From an uncultured Desulfobacter sp. (GTDB lineage: Bacteria; Desulfobacterota; Desulfobacteria; Desulfobacterales; Desulfobacteraceae), in NCBI GenBank assembly GCA_963665095.1, contig OY762069.1, positions 3,904,001-3,968,000 on the forward strand: 64,000 nucleotides of DNA, written 5' to 3'. The position numbers and the translations under genes are program-made. The first letter of the stretch is position 1. Each line of letters begins with the position of its first letter. A model generated the notes under the pieces. The model saw only the letters and a program-made list of their open reading frames with translations. It did not search any database and had not been told where the DNA came from. This document shows, one piece after another, positions 1 to 9,394 of the stretch.

Positions 1-887
1 CGTTTTCTTGATAATCTGGGCCGAAATGTATACCCTAGAAAATCAAACTTCATAACAGGATAATCTCCTTTTCGATCTTCATCCTTGCAATAAACTATTT
101 TTGTCTTTTCAGGGTGCAGCTCCAACCCACATTCACCAAACCTTAACTCCAAGTCAGCTTTCAACTGTTTGGCTAATGGTTCAGTTCTGCAGTGGCAAAC
201 AGCATCATCGGCATATCGCTCAAAAGGCACATACGAATAGTTTCGCTGCATCCAATGATCGAAAACATAATGCAAAAATAAATTTGCCAGCAAGGGACTA
301 ACCACTCCTCCTTGCGGAGTTCCTTTTTGCGGATAAACAAGTGATCCGTCCGGCATTGCGATTGGGGCCTTTAGCCACCGTTCAACATACAAAAGTACCC
401 AGCGACAATCTGTGTGTTTTACTACAGCTCTCATCAAAAGTTCATGACTGATATTGTCAAAAAATCCTTTGACATCAAGATCCAACACCCAGTCATACCG
501 CCAGCATCTTTTGCGTGCTTCCCCCACGGCATCCAGGGCTGACTTGTTTGGCCGATAACCATACGAGTCCGGATGAAAATGATGCTCTAATAACGGTTCG
601 AGATACTGTTTTACAACCATCTGGGCGACACGATCTCCCACAGTTGGAATACCAAGGGGCCTCATTCGGCCATCCCCTTTTGGTATCTCTATACGCGCTA
701 CCGGAGGAGGGAAATAACTGCCGGAAGACATCCGGTTCCATATTTTGAAAAGGTTATTGGTAATATCCTTTTCAAAATCAACTATGGACTGATTATCTAT
801 TCCAGCCCCACCACGGTTTGCTTTCACGCATTTGTATGCTTCCCAAACTTGACGCTTTGAGATAATAAACGACTTTACTTTTTTCAA
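1..887 (-). CDS. ltrA: Group II intron reverse transcriptase/maturase, class D (RmInt1-like); runs off the window start
   Basis: TTG start at 887 after GGGAAGGA; translates MKKVKSFIISKRQVWEAYKCVKANRGGAGID...RPLGIPTVGDR...LDVKGFFD...GTPQGGVVSPLLANLFLH...FERYADD; no stop seen before base 1. Confidence 0.92.
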   Translation of the reverse strand, partial: MKKVKSFIISKRQVWEAYKCVKANRGGAGIDNQSIVDFEKDITNNLFKIWNRMSSGSYFPPPVARIEIPKGDGRMRPLGIPTVGDRVAQMVVKQYLEPLLEHHFHPDSYGYRPNKSALDAVGEARKRCWRYDWVLDLDVKGFFDNISHELLMRAVVKHTDCRWVLLYVERWLKAPIAMPDGSLVYPQKGTPQGGVVSPLLANLFLHYVFDHWMQRNYSYVPFERYADDAVCHCRTEPLAKQLKADLELRFGECGLELHPEKTKIVYCKDEDRKGDYPVMKFDFLGYTFRPRLSRK

Positions 888-1113
888 CAGAATCCTTCCC
901 TATACGGGTTGTTCTTATGTTAAAAGTTGAACGACGCAACCCCTTCGCTCCAGTCCCATTGCAGCACCTTCTTCACTACTACGAGTTGCTCCGCCCCTGT
1001 GCTCCGCTTCGGTACTCTGATCCTTGTGGTGCTTCCACTTGGATTTCTCCCTTAGCATCGGAACGACAGGTTCCCATGTTCCATAAGAAAGCCTAAGATA
1101 TGTTCATGCCGCC
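1..1113 (-). mobile_element. Class D group II intron copy 1, 5' part of domain I deleted, fused to DV of IIC intron A
   Basis: RT ORF plus upstream ribozyme-like sequence (minus strand GGCGGCATGA...GGAACATGGGAACC); bases 1-470 are near-identical to 11252-11721; ends abruptly at gccgcc/acccggcatacgg. Confidence 0.8.
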
Positions 1114-1777
1114 ACCCGGCATACGGATCTCGTACCAAGGCGGTTCGGCTGGTATGAATAAAATCAGTTGTAGGTTATCCCACCGATTTTATCGGGTTTT
1201 GGGCAAAGTCTTGCTATGGAAATTTCGGCCACTGCCGCATTATTCCCATAAAATCCTTCTACTTACTCACCACAACCATTTACCCAAGCCATTCGGCCCG
1301 GGTACCGTTCAGGCCTTCATCGGGGTGAGGCCTCCGGGTGTACTTCTCCCATGCCAGAGAGGCCCAGCTCGTTTTTTCCGACTACTATGCCCTCTGCTGA
1401 CTTCTCCCATGCGGTCAGGACCAGTTACCCGGCCCTCAGACAATCCGGCACATGGGAGATCTCCCGGGGTAAACACGTGTCTTTCAGTACCTGAATGCCG
1501 GATTTACGGACATACCCTGTAATGGATAGAGGACTTCACCTTGTTGTGCAGGCTCGTCCCGGTATGTGCGTCTTATATCCGATTTCTGTACGTCATCCCG
1601 TACCTTCGTGGTACCTTGCCTCAGCAAGGCGGCTTCCTCCCGAAGCACCGTCACCGGTACCCCGTTGCACTACCACTACACCCTTCGCCTCCATCCGGCT
1701 GGGTCTAAGACTTGCCAAACGCATTGAAATCGTTTACGTTTGACTCACTTTTAAGAACACGTGCCGTGCCCGGCACA
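1112..1777 (-). mobile_element. ORF-less group IIC(-attC) intron, copy A (DVI not seen in window; first G displaced to 2486)
   Basis: Minus strand begins TGTGCCGGGCACGG; has DV GAACCGCCTTGGTACGAGATCCGTATGCCGGGTGG; colinear with copy B; no RT ORF. Confidence 0.85.
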
Positions 1778-2485
1778 ATAGGGATAGGACTCCCCATTAC
1801 TGAGGAGCCCTCCCACACCACCCGGCGTACGGATCTCGTACCAAGGCGGTTCGGCTGGTATGAATAGAATCGGTTGTAGGTTATCCCACCGATTTTATCG
1901 GGCTTTGGGCAAAGTCATGCTATGGAAATTTCGACCACTGCCGCATTATTTCCATAAAATCCTTCTACTTACTCACCACAACCATTTACCCAAGCCATTC
2001 GGCCCGGGTACCGTTCAGGCCTTCATCGGGGTGAGGCCTCCGGGTGTACTTCTCCCATGACAGGGAGGCCCGGCTCGTTTCCTTCCGACTACTATGCCCT
2101 CTGCTGACTTCTCCCATGCGGTCAGGACCGGTTACCCGGCCCTCAGCCAATCCGGCACATGGGAGATCTCCCGGGGTAAACACATGTCTTTCGGTACGTG
2201 AATGCCGGGTTTACGGACATACCCTGTAATGGATAGAGGACTTTGCCTTGTGTGGCAGGCTCGTCCCGGTATGCGCGCCTTATACCCGATTCCTGTACGT
2301 CATCCCGTACCTTCGTGGTGCCTTGCCTCAGCAAAGCGGCTTCCTCCCGAAGCACCGTCACCGGTACCCCGTTGCACTACCACTACACCCTTCGCCTCCA
2401 TCCGGCTGGGTCTAAGACTTGCCAAATGTATTGGAATTCTATACATTTGACTCACTCTTAAGAACATGTGCCGTGCCCGGCACAC
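1778..2485 (-). mobile_element. ORF-less group IIC intron, copy B, complete (708 nt)
   Basis: 5' GTGTGCCGGGCACGG at 2485; DV GAACCGCC...CGTACGCCGGGTGGTG; DVI ends CCTATCCCTAT at 1778; DIV short and non-coding. Confidence 0.9.
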
Positions 2486-2486
2486 C

Positions 2487-2612
2487 ACCAAACGCTGGAG
2501 CGGGACCGGGCTTACTGCGTGGATTTTTGAAAGTTTGTGGTTCAAGAAAATGTAAACTTTTATCTGAGGATACGGCTTCAAAACGCCCGGCCCCTCAGCT
2601 TCCCCGTTATAA
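2487..2612 (+). other. attC site 1 (R'' interrupted by the IIC introns)
   Basis: AC-caaac-GCTGGAG (L'') ... CCCGGCCC-CTCAGC (L')-ttcccc-GTTATAA (R', 2606-2612); same architecture as attC2. Confidence 0.8.
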
Positions 2613-2630
2613 ATTTGAAGGACAAACGAA

Positions 2631-3362
2631 TTGCATCAAGATAATAAAATTGCATTGCTGATTGATTGTGACAATGTTAGTCACAAATCTATTGAAGGTG
2701 TTATCGATGAACTTTCCAAGTATGGGAAAGTCAATATAAGGCATGCCTATGGAAATTGGAAAAACGATAGTATGAAAGGTTGGGAAGAGAAGTTGCACCC
2801 ACATGCCATCAAACCAATTCAGCAATTTGCATATACTAAGGGTAAAAATGCAACTGATGCTGCTATGATAATTGATGCAATGGATATTTTATATACTCAA
2901 AACCTTGATGCTTTTGCATTAATGACGAGTGATAGCGATTTTACACCGCTGGTTATGCGCATTTTATCTAATGGCATTACAGTTTATGGTTTTGGAGAGA
3001 AAAAAACTCCACAGCCTTTCGTCAAAGCCTGTTCTCAATTTATATACACAGAAAATTTAGAGCAAATAGAAGGGGAAGATGAAAAGCCTGATAATAATGT
3101 AAATGCAAAAAAGACAAGGAACGAACTGAGACAAGATGCAGCATTGGTAAAATTATTAAGAACAGCTGTAGAGCATTTTGCAGATGAGAGTGGATGGTCT
3201 CATTTAGGTCTTGTTGGGCAATATATTAGCAACAAAACCTCATTTTCACCCGTAAATTACGGGTATAAAAAATTAGGCGACTTAATAAGAGTTAGTGATC
3301 TTTTTCATATAGAAATGAGAGATGACAACTCTACTATGTACATAAAAGATATAAGAAAATAA
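2631..3362 (+). CDS. NYN (LabA/DUF88 PIN-like) domain protein with C-terminal OST-HTH/LOTUS domain; gene cassette
   Basis: IALLIDCDN, GKNATD, SDSDFTPL motifs; C-terminal GW..L..VG...F.P.NYGYKKL.DLI; AT-rich; bounded by GTTATAA and TTATAAC. Confidence 0.9.
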   Translation: MHQDNKIALLIDCDNVSHKSIEGVIDELSKYGKVNIRHAYGNWKNDSMKGWEEKLHPHAIKPIQQFAYTKGKNATDAAMIIDAMDILYTQNLDAFALMTSDSDFTPLVMRILSNGITVYGFGEKKTPQPFVKACSQFIYTENLEQIEGEDEKPDNNVNAKKTRNELRQDAALVKLLRTAVEHFADESGWSHLGLVGQYISNKTSFSPVNYGYKKLGDLIRVSDLFHIEMRDDNSTMYIKDIRK

Positions 3363-3364
3363 TT

Positions 3365-3493
3365 TTATAACAAAGCCGCTGAACCCGACCGGGCAACCTG
3401 CGCGGCGTTTTGAGGCTGCCTGGTTAATGAAATTTTAAACTTTTACCGGAGCTATTGTGGTTTAAACGCCCGGCCGGTTAGCTCCCCGTTATG
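3365..3493 (+). other. attC site 2
   Basis: R'' TTATAAC 3365-3371 (exact complement of the cassette-start GTTATAA), L'' GCTGAAC, arms CCGACCGGG/CCCGGCCGG, L' GTTAGC, R' GTTATG 3488-3493. Confidence 0.9.
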
Positions 3494-4197
3494 GTGCGAC
3501 ACGAGGTCGCATTATTGGCTGTTTGGCGGACCAGTCGGTCCTGACCAAACCCGGCTCCTGCCGGTACCCTAGGTGGCATGCGGTTACCGGTGCATCCGGC
3601 AACGGTGTGAAGCCCAACCGACAAAGTACCGAATTCCGCAGCTGCGGAAGGGGTGGAAGCCGTGAGGCGGATACCCTCCTGGAAGCCTCAATCCGGGTAA
3701 GGGCAAGGGTTTGGATGATATGGTCAAATTAATTGAATGTTCCGTAAGTACCGTCAGGGAGAGCAAGCTAAAAAGGCTGGTAAGCTTGGACCAAAAGGTG
3801 AGCGGTCAGGTTGCAGGTTTCCTAACTGCCTGCACGGAGATGTTGTGCCGCCGGTGCTTAAGGGCAGACCTAAGTCATCCATAAATTGGCAATAATGCGG
3901 AACGTGGAAACCCCGTATCTTCGCCGGGAGTATTCGGCAGGTGAAACTGTAAGGCACACTGATGGAGGTGCGGGCGTAAGATGCAGGAAAAAGCGAATGC
4001 CGTCTTGTAATGAGATGGATACGGATTGAGGCGTATATCCCCAACATTACCCGGCCCGAAAGGGAGCTGACGTCCGGCGGGTGTGACTACAGACACACCC
4101 GGGCAGGTATTTCGTAAGCGTTTAAAGGACCCCATCTACAACTCATTAAAATGACATGAGAAGATGAGCCAACTTTTAATTAACGGAGGCCCATCAT

Positions 4198-4530
4198 ATG
4201 TCAGAAACAGAGAACAAAAACCAAAAGCTAATCCAGTTCTGGAAATACCATATTAAACAATGGTCTGAATCGAGTATGTCCCAAAATGCATACTGCAGGC
4301 AAAATGATTTAAGACCCAATCAATTTACATACTGGAAAATGAAATTCAAAAGCCAGGCACTTGCCCCAGAATTCGTTCAGGTCCCTTCAACGCAGATCAG
4401 CCAGGCACTAAGTCTTTCTGAACAAAAAGGCTTAACGTTGAATACAGATAACGGATTTCAGATCGAAATACCGGATGGCTTTTCCCAAACAACCCTGGCC
4501 CAGGTGCTTCAAGTATTGAGGCGGTGCTGA
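4198..4530 (+). CDS. tnpA: IS66 accessory protein TnpA
   Basis: W..HI.QW..S.MSQ.AYCR...L....F.YW pattern; first ORF of the IS66. Confidence 0.85.
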   Translation: MSETENKNQKLIQFWKYHIKQWSESSMSQNAYCRQNDLRPNQFTYWKMKFKSQALAPEFVQVPSTQISQALSLSEQKGLTLNTDNGFQIEIPDGFSQTTLAQVLQVLRRC

Positions 4531-4883
4531 TGTTTTCTCCCACCCAGAATTTAAAAATTCATATCGCACTTGGAAACACTGATATGCGCAAGTCCATTGA
4601 TGGGCTATCCATACTTGTGAGCGAAAAGTTAAATTTGGATCCATTTTCAGGACACATGTTTGTATTCTGTAATCGGAAACGGAATATATTGAAAATCCTG
4701 TATTGGGATCGCAATGGATTCTGTCTTTGGCATAAGCGCTTGGAAAGGGATTATTTTCAATGGCCCAAGTCAAAAGAGGAAATTTTGACCATCGGAGCAA
4801 AAGAGCTTTCCTGGCTGATGGACGGACTTTCTATTCGTCAGGAAAAAGCACATAAATCATTAAAATATTCGGCTGTTTTTTGA
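4524..4883 (+). CDS. tnpB: IS66 accessory protein TnpB
   Basis: TDMRKSIDGL, FVFCNRKR..LKILYWD.NGF.LW.KRLE motifs. Confidence 0.95.
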   Translation: MLMFSPTQNLKIHIALGNTDMRKSIDGLSILVSEKLNLDPFSGHMFVFCNRKRNILKILYWDRNGFCLWHKRLERDYFQWPKSKEEILTIGAKELSWLMDGLSIRQEKAHKSLKYSAVF

Positions 4884-4928
4884 TCATAAAAACTGGTGAA
4901 AACCGCGTGGTTATGGTATATACAACGC

Positions 4929-6521
4929 ATGAATAAAGAGGCTTTTGCAGACATAAATGACGTTGAGAAATTAAAAGAAATGATGGCTTGTTTTGTCAAT
5001 GATTTTTCAGATAGAGAGCACAATTATAAAGCCGAAATCAAAATTCTCAACGAACAGATTAAAAGCCTTCGGGACCAGCTTTTTGGTAAAAAGACAGAAA
5101 AAATCCATAAGAATGACGGTCAACTATCCCTTTTTGATACTTTTGAGCCGGATACGCCCATATTGGACGAACCCGAAGAAATCAGCGTGCCTGCCCATAA
5201 TCGAAAGAAGCCAGGGCGTAGACCTTTGCCTGAAAACCTTCCACGGGTTGAAGTGATCCACGATCTGACCGAGGAAGAAAAAATATGTGCCTGTGGCTGC
5301 ATGAAATCCCGTTGCGGCAAAGAAGAATCTGAACAGCTTGAAATTATTCCGGCACAAGTGAGAGTAATCAGAAACATTCGTTATAAATACGCTTGCAAAA
5401 ACTGCGAAGGTGTTGACGATGATGGGCCAACAGTGTCCATTGCCAGAATGCCGGAACAAATGATCCCCAAGAGCATCGCAACCCCAGGGCTTTTGGCCCA
5501 TATCCTGACAGCCAAATTTGCAGATGCTTTACCCTTCTACCGGCAGGAAAAACAGTTTAACCGAATTGGAGTAGACATCCACAGGTCCAATATGTGCAAT
5601 TGGGCTATGAAAGTGGCCCAGGCCTGTGAGATCCTGCTGGAATATATGAAGGATGAAATCCTTAAAGGCCCAGTGATAAATATTGACGAAACAACAGTCC
5701 AGGTTCTCAAAGAACCGAAACGGTCAAAATGCTATATGTGGGTGTTCAAAGGAGGGACACCGGATAATCCCATTATTCTGTTCCAGTATCACCCAACTCG
5801 ATCCGGGGATGTTGCCCGGAATTTTTTGAACGGTTATCAAGGTGTTGTTCAGACGGATGGCTATGCTGGCTATGACTTTCTTGATCATATTGTGGAAATC
5901 ATTCATGTTGCGTGCTGGGCACACGCACGTCGAAAGTTCATGGCTGTGGTCAAAGCTGCCGGAAATAAAACTGGCAACCCAACGGGAACCGCCGGCAAAG
6001 CCCTGAAGTACATCAGCAAATTATACAAAATAGAAAGAGAGGCCAAAGAACTTGGTTTGTCTGCTGATGGACTTTACTGGAAAAGGCAGGAGCTATCCTT
6101 GCCTATCCTTGATGAATTTAAAAAATGGTTGGATGCTCAAGTTGAAAAGGTACCGCCCAAAAGTCTTCTTGGTAAAGCCATTAACTACACCCTTAATCAA
6201 TGGCATAGATTGGTTCTGTATACGGCAAGTGGTCTGGTAATGCCGGATAATAATGTAGTCGAAAATGCCATAAGACCCTTTGTGGTGGGCAGAAAAAATT
6301 GGTTGTTTTCATGTACACCTGCGGGCGCCGATGCCAGTGCCTGCATTTACAGCCTGATCGAAACAGCCAAGGCCAATGGGCTTGAACCTTACTGGTACCT
6401 CAAATTTCTCTTTGAAAATTTACCGGAAGCCATGACGGAAGATGAATTTAAAGCCTTGATGCCACAAAACGTGGATAAACATTTGCTGGAATCCAACTAT
6501 ACAACACCCCGTCAGGCTTAA
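4929..6521 (+). CDS. tnpC: IS66 DDE transposase TnpC (alternative start 4896)
   Basis: LPFYRQ, IDET, QTDGYAGY, CWAHARRKF, DNNVVENAIRP..VGRKNWLF, SLIETAKANG. Confidence 0.97.
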   Translation: MNKEAFADINDVEKLKEMMACFVNDFSDREHNYKAEIKILNEQIKSLRDQLFGKKTEKIHKNDGQLSLFDTFEPDTPILDEPEEISVPAHNRKKPGRRPLPENLPRVEVIHDLTEEEKICACGCMKSRCGKEESEQLEIIPAQVRVIRNIRYKYACKNCEGVDDDGPTVSIARMPEQMIPKSIATPGLLAHILTAKFADALPFYRQEKQFNRIGVDIHRSNMCNWAMKVAQACEILLEYMKDEILKGPVINIDETTVQVLKEPKRSKCYMWVFKGGTPDNPIILFQYHPTRSGDVARNFLNGYQGVVQTDGYAGYDFLDHIVEIIHVACWAHARRKFMAVVKAAGNKTGNPTGTAGKALKYISKLYKIEREAKELGLSADGLYWKRQELSLPILDEFKKWLDAQVEKVPPKSLLGKAINYTLNQWHRLVLYTASGLVMPDNNVVENAIRPFVVGRKNWLFSCTPAGADASACIYSLIETAKANGLEPYWYLKFLFENLPEAMTEDEFKALMPQNVDKHLLESNYTTPRQA

Positions 6522-6781
6522 AAAGGTGCGGTTGATACACCGCTTACGGTATTTCTTTGCAAGAGAGTCTGGAGAATCTTTGAGGATGGTGTAGATTCCC
6601 GAAATAACCTGAACAAAAACCCGCCAAATTTTTCATATTAAATTGACAAAGTTCCATTTTTCTCAAATTATCCTGTACAGGTTCTGATCAAAGCATTCTG
6701 ACAAAAATGAAAAGGGCGAAAAGCTTTGCAGAGCCTCGCCCTTAAGACCGGGATTTATAAAATCCCAAAACAACCATAAAA

Positions 6782-7228
6782 ATGATAATAAAGGTCAAAG
6801 CTGATATCAAGCAAATTTTCAAGCAGGGCAAAAATTTTACATGGCCAAAACCGTCACGATGTCCACATTGCAACGACTCCAGGCTGTGGGGACACGGCTT
6901 TGTACTCTCCTTTTTTGATGGATTTGATCAAGGGGTGTATTTGAAGCGATATCGCTGCCCCTATTGCAAAACCGTATTCAAATTGAAGCCATATGGTTTT
7001 TTCAAGAGGTTCCAGGCCAGTATCTGGCAAATCCTTACCAGCATTATGAGTCGTCTATACACTGACCGGTATCTGCCGGAACTCTCCTGGAACCGACAGC
7101 ATTTTTGGTTTACTGCATTGAAACGAAATATAGCGGCCTACCTGTCCAACAGTTGGGACAAAGGTGTGGTTGCTGGTTTTATCAAGCTAATCGGTATGGG
7201 TAAAATCCCGGTTACCAGTTCAATTTAA
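6782..7228 (+). CDS. Transposon-associated Zn-ribbon protein (DUF6431-like)
   Basis: CPHC...LWGHG...RYRCPYC motifs; first ORF in the element. Confidence 0.75.
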   Translation: MIIKVKADIKQIFKQGKNFTWPKPSRCPHCNDSRLWGHGFVLSFFDGFDQGVYLKRYRCPYCKTVFKLKPYGFFKRFQASIWQILTSIMSRLYTDRYLPELSWNRQHFWFTALKRNIAAYLSNSWDKGVVAGFIKLIGMGKIPVTSSI

Positions 7229-7331
7229 CCATGGGGCTGGATCAGGTTTAAACCACCCTACCGAAGGCTGTGATTTACCGAAGGATCATACTGTCATACA
7301 AGCCCTTAGAACCAAATTTTAAGGAGGAAGT

Positions 7332-8588
7332 ATGACAGAAAATCAGAAAAATGAGGTTGCCGTGTTCAGGTTTGGGGTCATTTGTGAATTTGTGACCGGA
7401 ACAAATTTTGATTACGGTGAAAAAGAACGAATTTTACAGCAGAAGTGCGCCCGCAAATGGTCCATCCCGTATTCTGGAAGGACCAGGCTTTCCAGAAGTA
7501 CGATTCTGGGATGGGTCCGGCAGTATAACGGTCGAATAGAGTCTCTTTACCCCAAAGACCGTTCAGACCAGGGAAAATCAAGGGTATTCGATGACGAGAC
7601 TGCATCTCAACTAATCAAACTCCGGTTAGACCAGCCTGATGCGACAGTCGATACATTGATCTGTTCACTTCAAAAAACTACATGCCAGACATACAGTCCA
7701 TCCAGTGTATACCGTTTTTTACGCGGCCGGGGGCTAATGAACACGGCCCGGCCAGAGGATAGAAGAAAGTTTGAAGCCCCGCACCCCAATGATATGTGGC
7801 AAAGCGACGTCATGCACGGCCCTACAGTCCTGGTTCAGGATAAGCAAAGAAAAACGTACCTGATTGCCATTATGGACGATCATTCCAGGCTGGTTACGGC
7901 TGCAGGTTTTTATTTATCTGAGAATCTGAAGACCTATCTTATGGTGCTGGAGCAGGCTTTTTTGAGCCGTGGGCTTCCCCGCAAGCTGTATGTAGATAAC
8001 GGTCCTGCGTTCAGATCCCATCATTTAAAATATGTAGCAGCGTCTCTGTCCATCGCTTTAATCCATGCAAGGCCATATAAGCCCCAGGGGAAAGGTAAAA
8101 TCGAGCGCTGGTTCAGAACGGTTCGGCTTCAGTTTCTGCAAAGATTTACAGGTAAGACCCTGGATGATCTGAATGGGGCATTTGAGAAGTGGCTTCATAA
8201 TGAGTACCATCAGCGTAAACACAGCTCCACAGGCGAATCACCGTTTAAAAGATTTACCTCGGCCATGGAGTGCATCCGTACCGCCCCACCGGATCTGAAA
8301 GACCACTTCCGCAAAACCGCCCGGCGCAAGGTGGCAAAGGACCGAACCATAACCCTTGACGGCAACATGTTTGAGGCCCCGGTTGCGCTGATCGGCAGAC
8401 ATGTGGATGTAAAGTACCATGAGGACACCCCTTTGCAGGCTGAAGTTATCTATAAAGCAAAGTCTTATGGCTTGTTAACCCCGGTGGACCTTGCTGTGAA
8501 CTGCCGGGTCAAGCGGCACCGCTGGAACGAAAATGATATCCGGATTATGCCTGAACCCTCAAATTACAAGGGAGGGCAACTGTTATGA
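7332..8588 (+). CDS. DDE integrase/transposase (rve core plus Mu-transposase C-terminal domain)
   Basis: WQSD, DDHSR, LYVDNG, GKGKIERWFRT, Y..R.HSST. Confidence 0.93.
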   Translation: MTENQKNEVAVFRFGVICEFVTGTNFDYGEKERILQQKCARKWSIPYSGRTRLSRSTILGWVRQYNGRIESLYPKDRSDQGKSRVFDDETASQLIKLRLDQPDATVDTLICSLQKTTCQTYSPSSVYRFLRGRGLMNTARPEDRRKFEAPHPNDMWQSDVMHGPTVLVQDKQRKTYLIAIMDDHSRLVTAAGFYLSENLKTYLMVLEQAFLSRGLPRKLYVDNGPAFRSHHLKYVAASLSIALIHARPYKPQGKGKIERWFRTVRLQFLQRFTGKTLDDLNGAFEKWLHNEYHQRKHSSTGESPFKRFTSAMECIRTAPPDLKDHFRKTARRKVAKDRTITLDGNMFEAPVALIGRHVDVKYHEDTPLQAEVIYKAKSYGLLTPVDLAVNCRVKRHRWNENDIRIMPEPSNYKGGQLL

Positions 8589-9394
8589 GTGAAATGTATC
8601 GCACCTTTTTTGGCTTATCCAGGGAGGCCTTCCCGGCGCAGATAGAAATTAATGATATCCTGGTTACCCCGGAGGTCTCGGGCGTTAAAAATCGGATTGA
8701 TTATTCCTTAAGACTTGGCTGCAGTGCGGTTATCACAGGGGATGTGGGCAGCGGAAAGTCCACCGCCTTAAGGTATGCCGCCTCATCCCTACACCCTTCG
8801 GAATACAAAGTCTTTTATGTTACGGCCTCAAGCGGTTCCATCATGGAACTTTACCGGCAGATTGTTGAAGAACTGGGCATAGAGCGGACATCGACGTCCC
8901 GCGCTGTTATGATCTCCATTATTAAAAATGAAATACGTGAATTCGTCCTGGGAAAAAAGATCAAAACCGTTTTGATTATAGATGAGGCATCTCTGCTTCG
9001 CATGGAAGTCTTTGCCGAACTTCACACCCTGGTTCAATTTGAAAAAGACGCCATGCCCTGGCTGCCTGTGATCCTTGCAGGTCAGCCGACATTGATAGAT
9101 AAGCTTCAGTACCGGACGTCAATCCCGTTTGCATCCAGGATTGTGGCTAAAAGCCATCTGGATGGTCTGGATGTGGCTGGAATGAAAACTTACCTGATCC
9201 ATCATTTAAAACTATGCGGTGTTGACACCAACTTTTTTTCTGACCAGGCGGTGACTGCGATTCATCAAGGCTCCGGCGGCCTTTTACGAAAGGCGAATAA
9301 TCTTGCCAGAGGCTCATTGATTGCTGCTGCGGCAGAAAAATCAATGACGGTATCTGCAGAGCATGTCCGCATTGCTTCATCGGAGATTTTTTAA
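8585..9394 (+). CDS. ExeA/TnsC-like AAA+ ATPase of the transposon
   Basis: Walker A GDVGSGKST, Walker B LIIDEA, ILAGQP; ATGA overlap with the transposase. Confidence 0.9.
   Translation: MSEMYRTFFGLSREAFPAQIEINDILVTPEVSGVKNRIDYSLRLGCSAVITGDVGSGKSTALRYAASSLHPSEYKVFYVTASSGSIMELYRQIVEELGIERTSTSRAVMISIIKNEIREFVLGKKIKTVLIIDEASLLRMEVFAELHTLVQFEKDAMPWLPVILAGQPTLIDKLQYRTSIPFASRIVAKSHLDGLDVAGMKTYLIHHLKLCGVDTNFFSDQAVTAIHQGSGGLLRKANNLARGSLIAAAAEKSMTVSAEHVRIASSEIF

Larger units (their letters stand above)
4114..6547 (+). mobile_element. IS66-family insertion sequence, complete (2434 bp)
   Basis: Termini GTAAGCG.../...CGCTTAC; 8-bp target duplication GGTATTTC at 4106-4113 and 6548-6555; three-ORF layout. 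Confidence 0.97.

Noticed and set aside
1..2485. Diversity-generating retroelement (RT next to two similar repeats)
   Set aside because: The repeats are whole IIC ribozymes with DV; differences are not adenine-specific; the RT has group II intron motifs (PQGG, YADD, maturase domain)
1100..2661. Short ORFs listed across the ORF-less introns (e.g. 1100-1522, 1495-1743, 2202-2450)
   Set aside because: Antisense or incidental frames over structured RNA; the 1100-1522 frame is broken in copy B; no recognisable motifs
3523..4135. ORFs within the 5' part of the IIB intron
   Set aside because: Overlap ribozyme domains I-III; no RBS or protein motifs
4524..4883. IS66 TnpB as an RNA-guided TnpB nuclease
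   Set aside because: Name coincidence; a 119-aa IS66 accessory protein with no RuvC motifs
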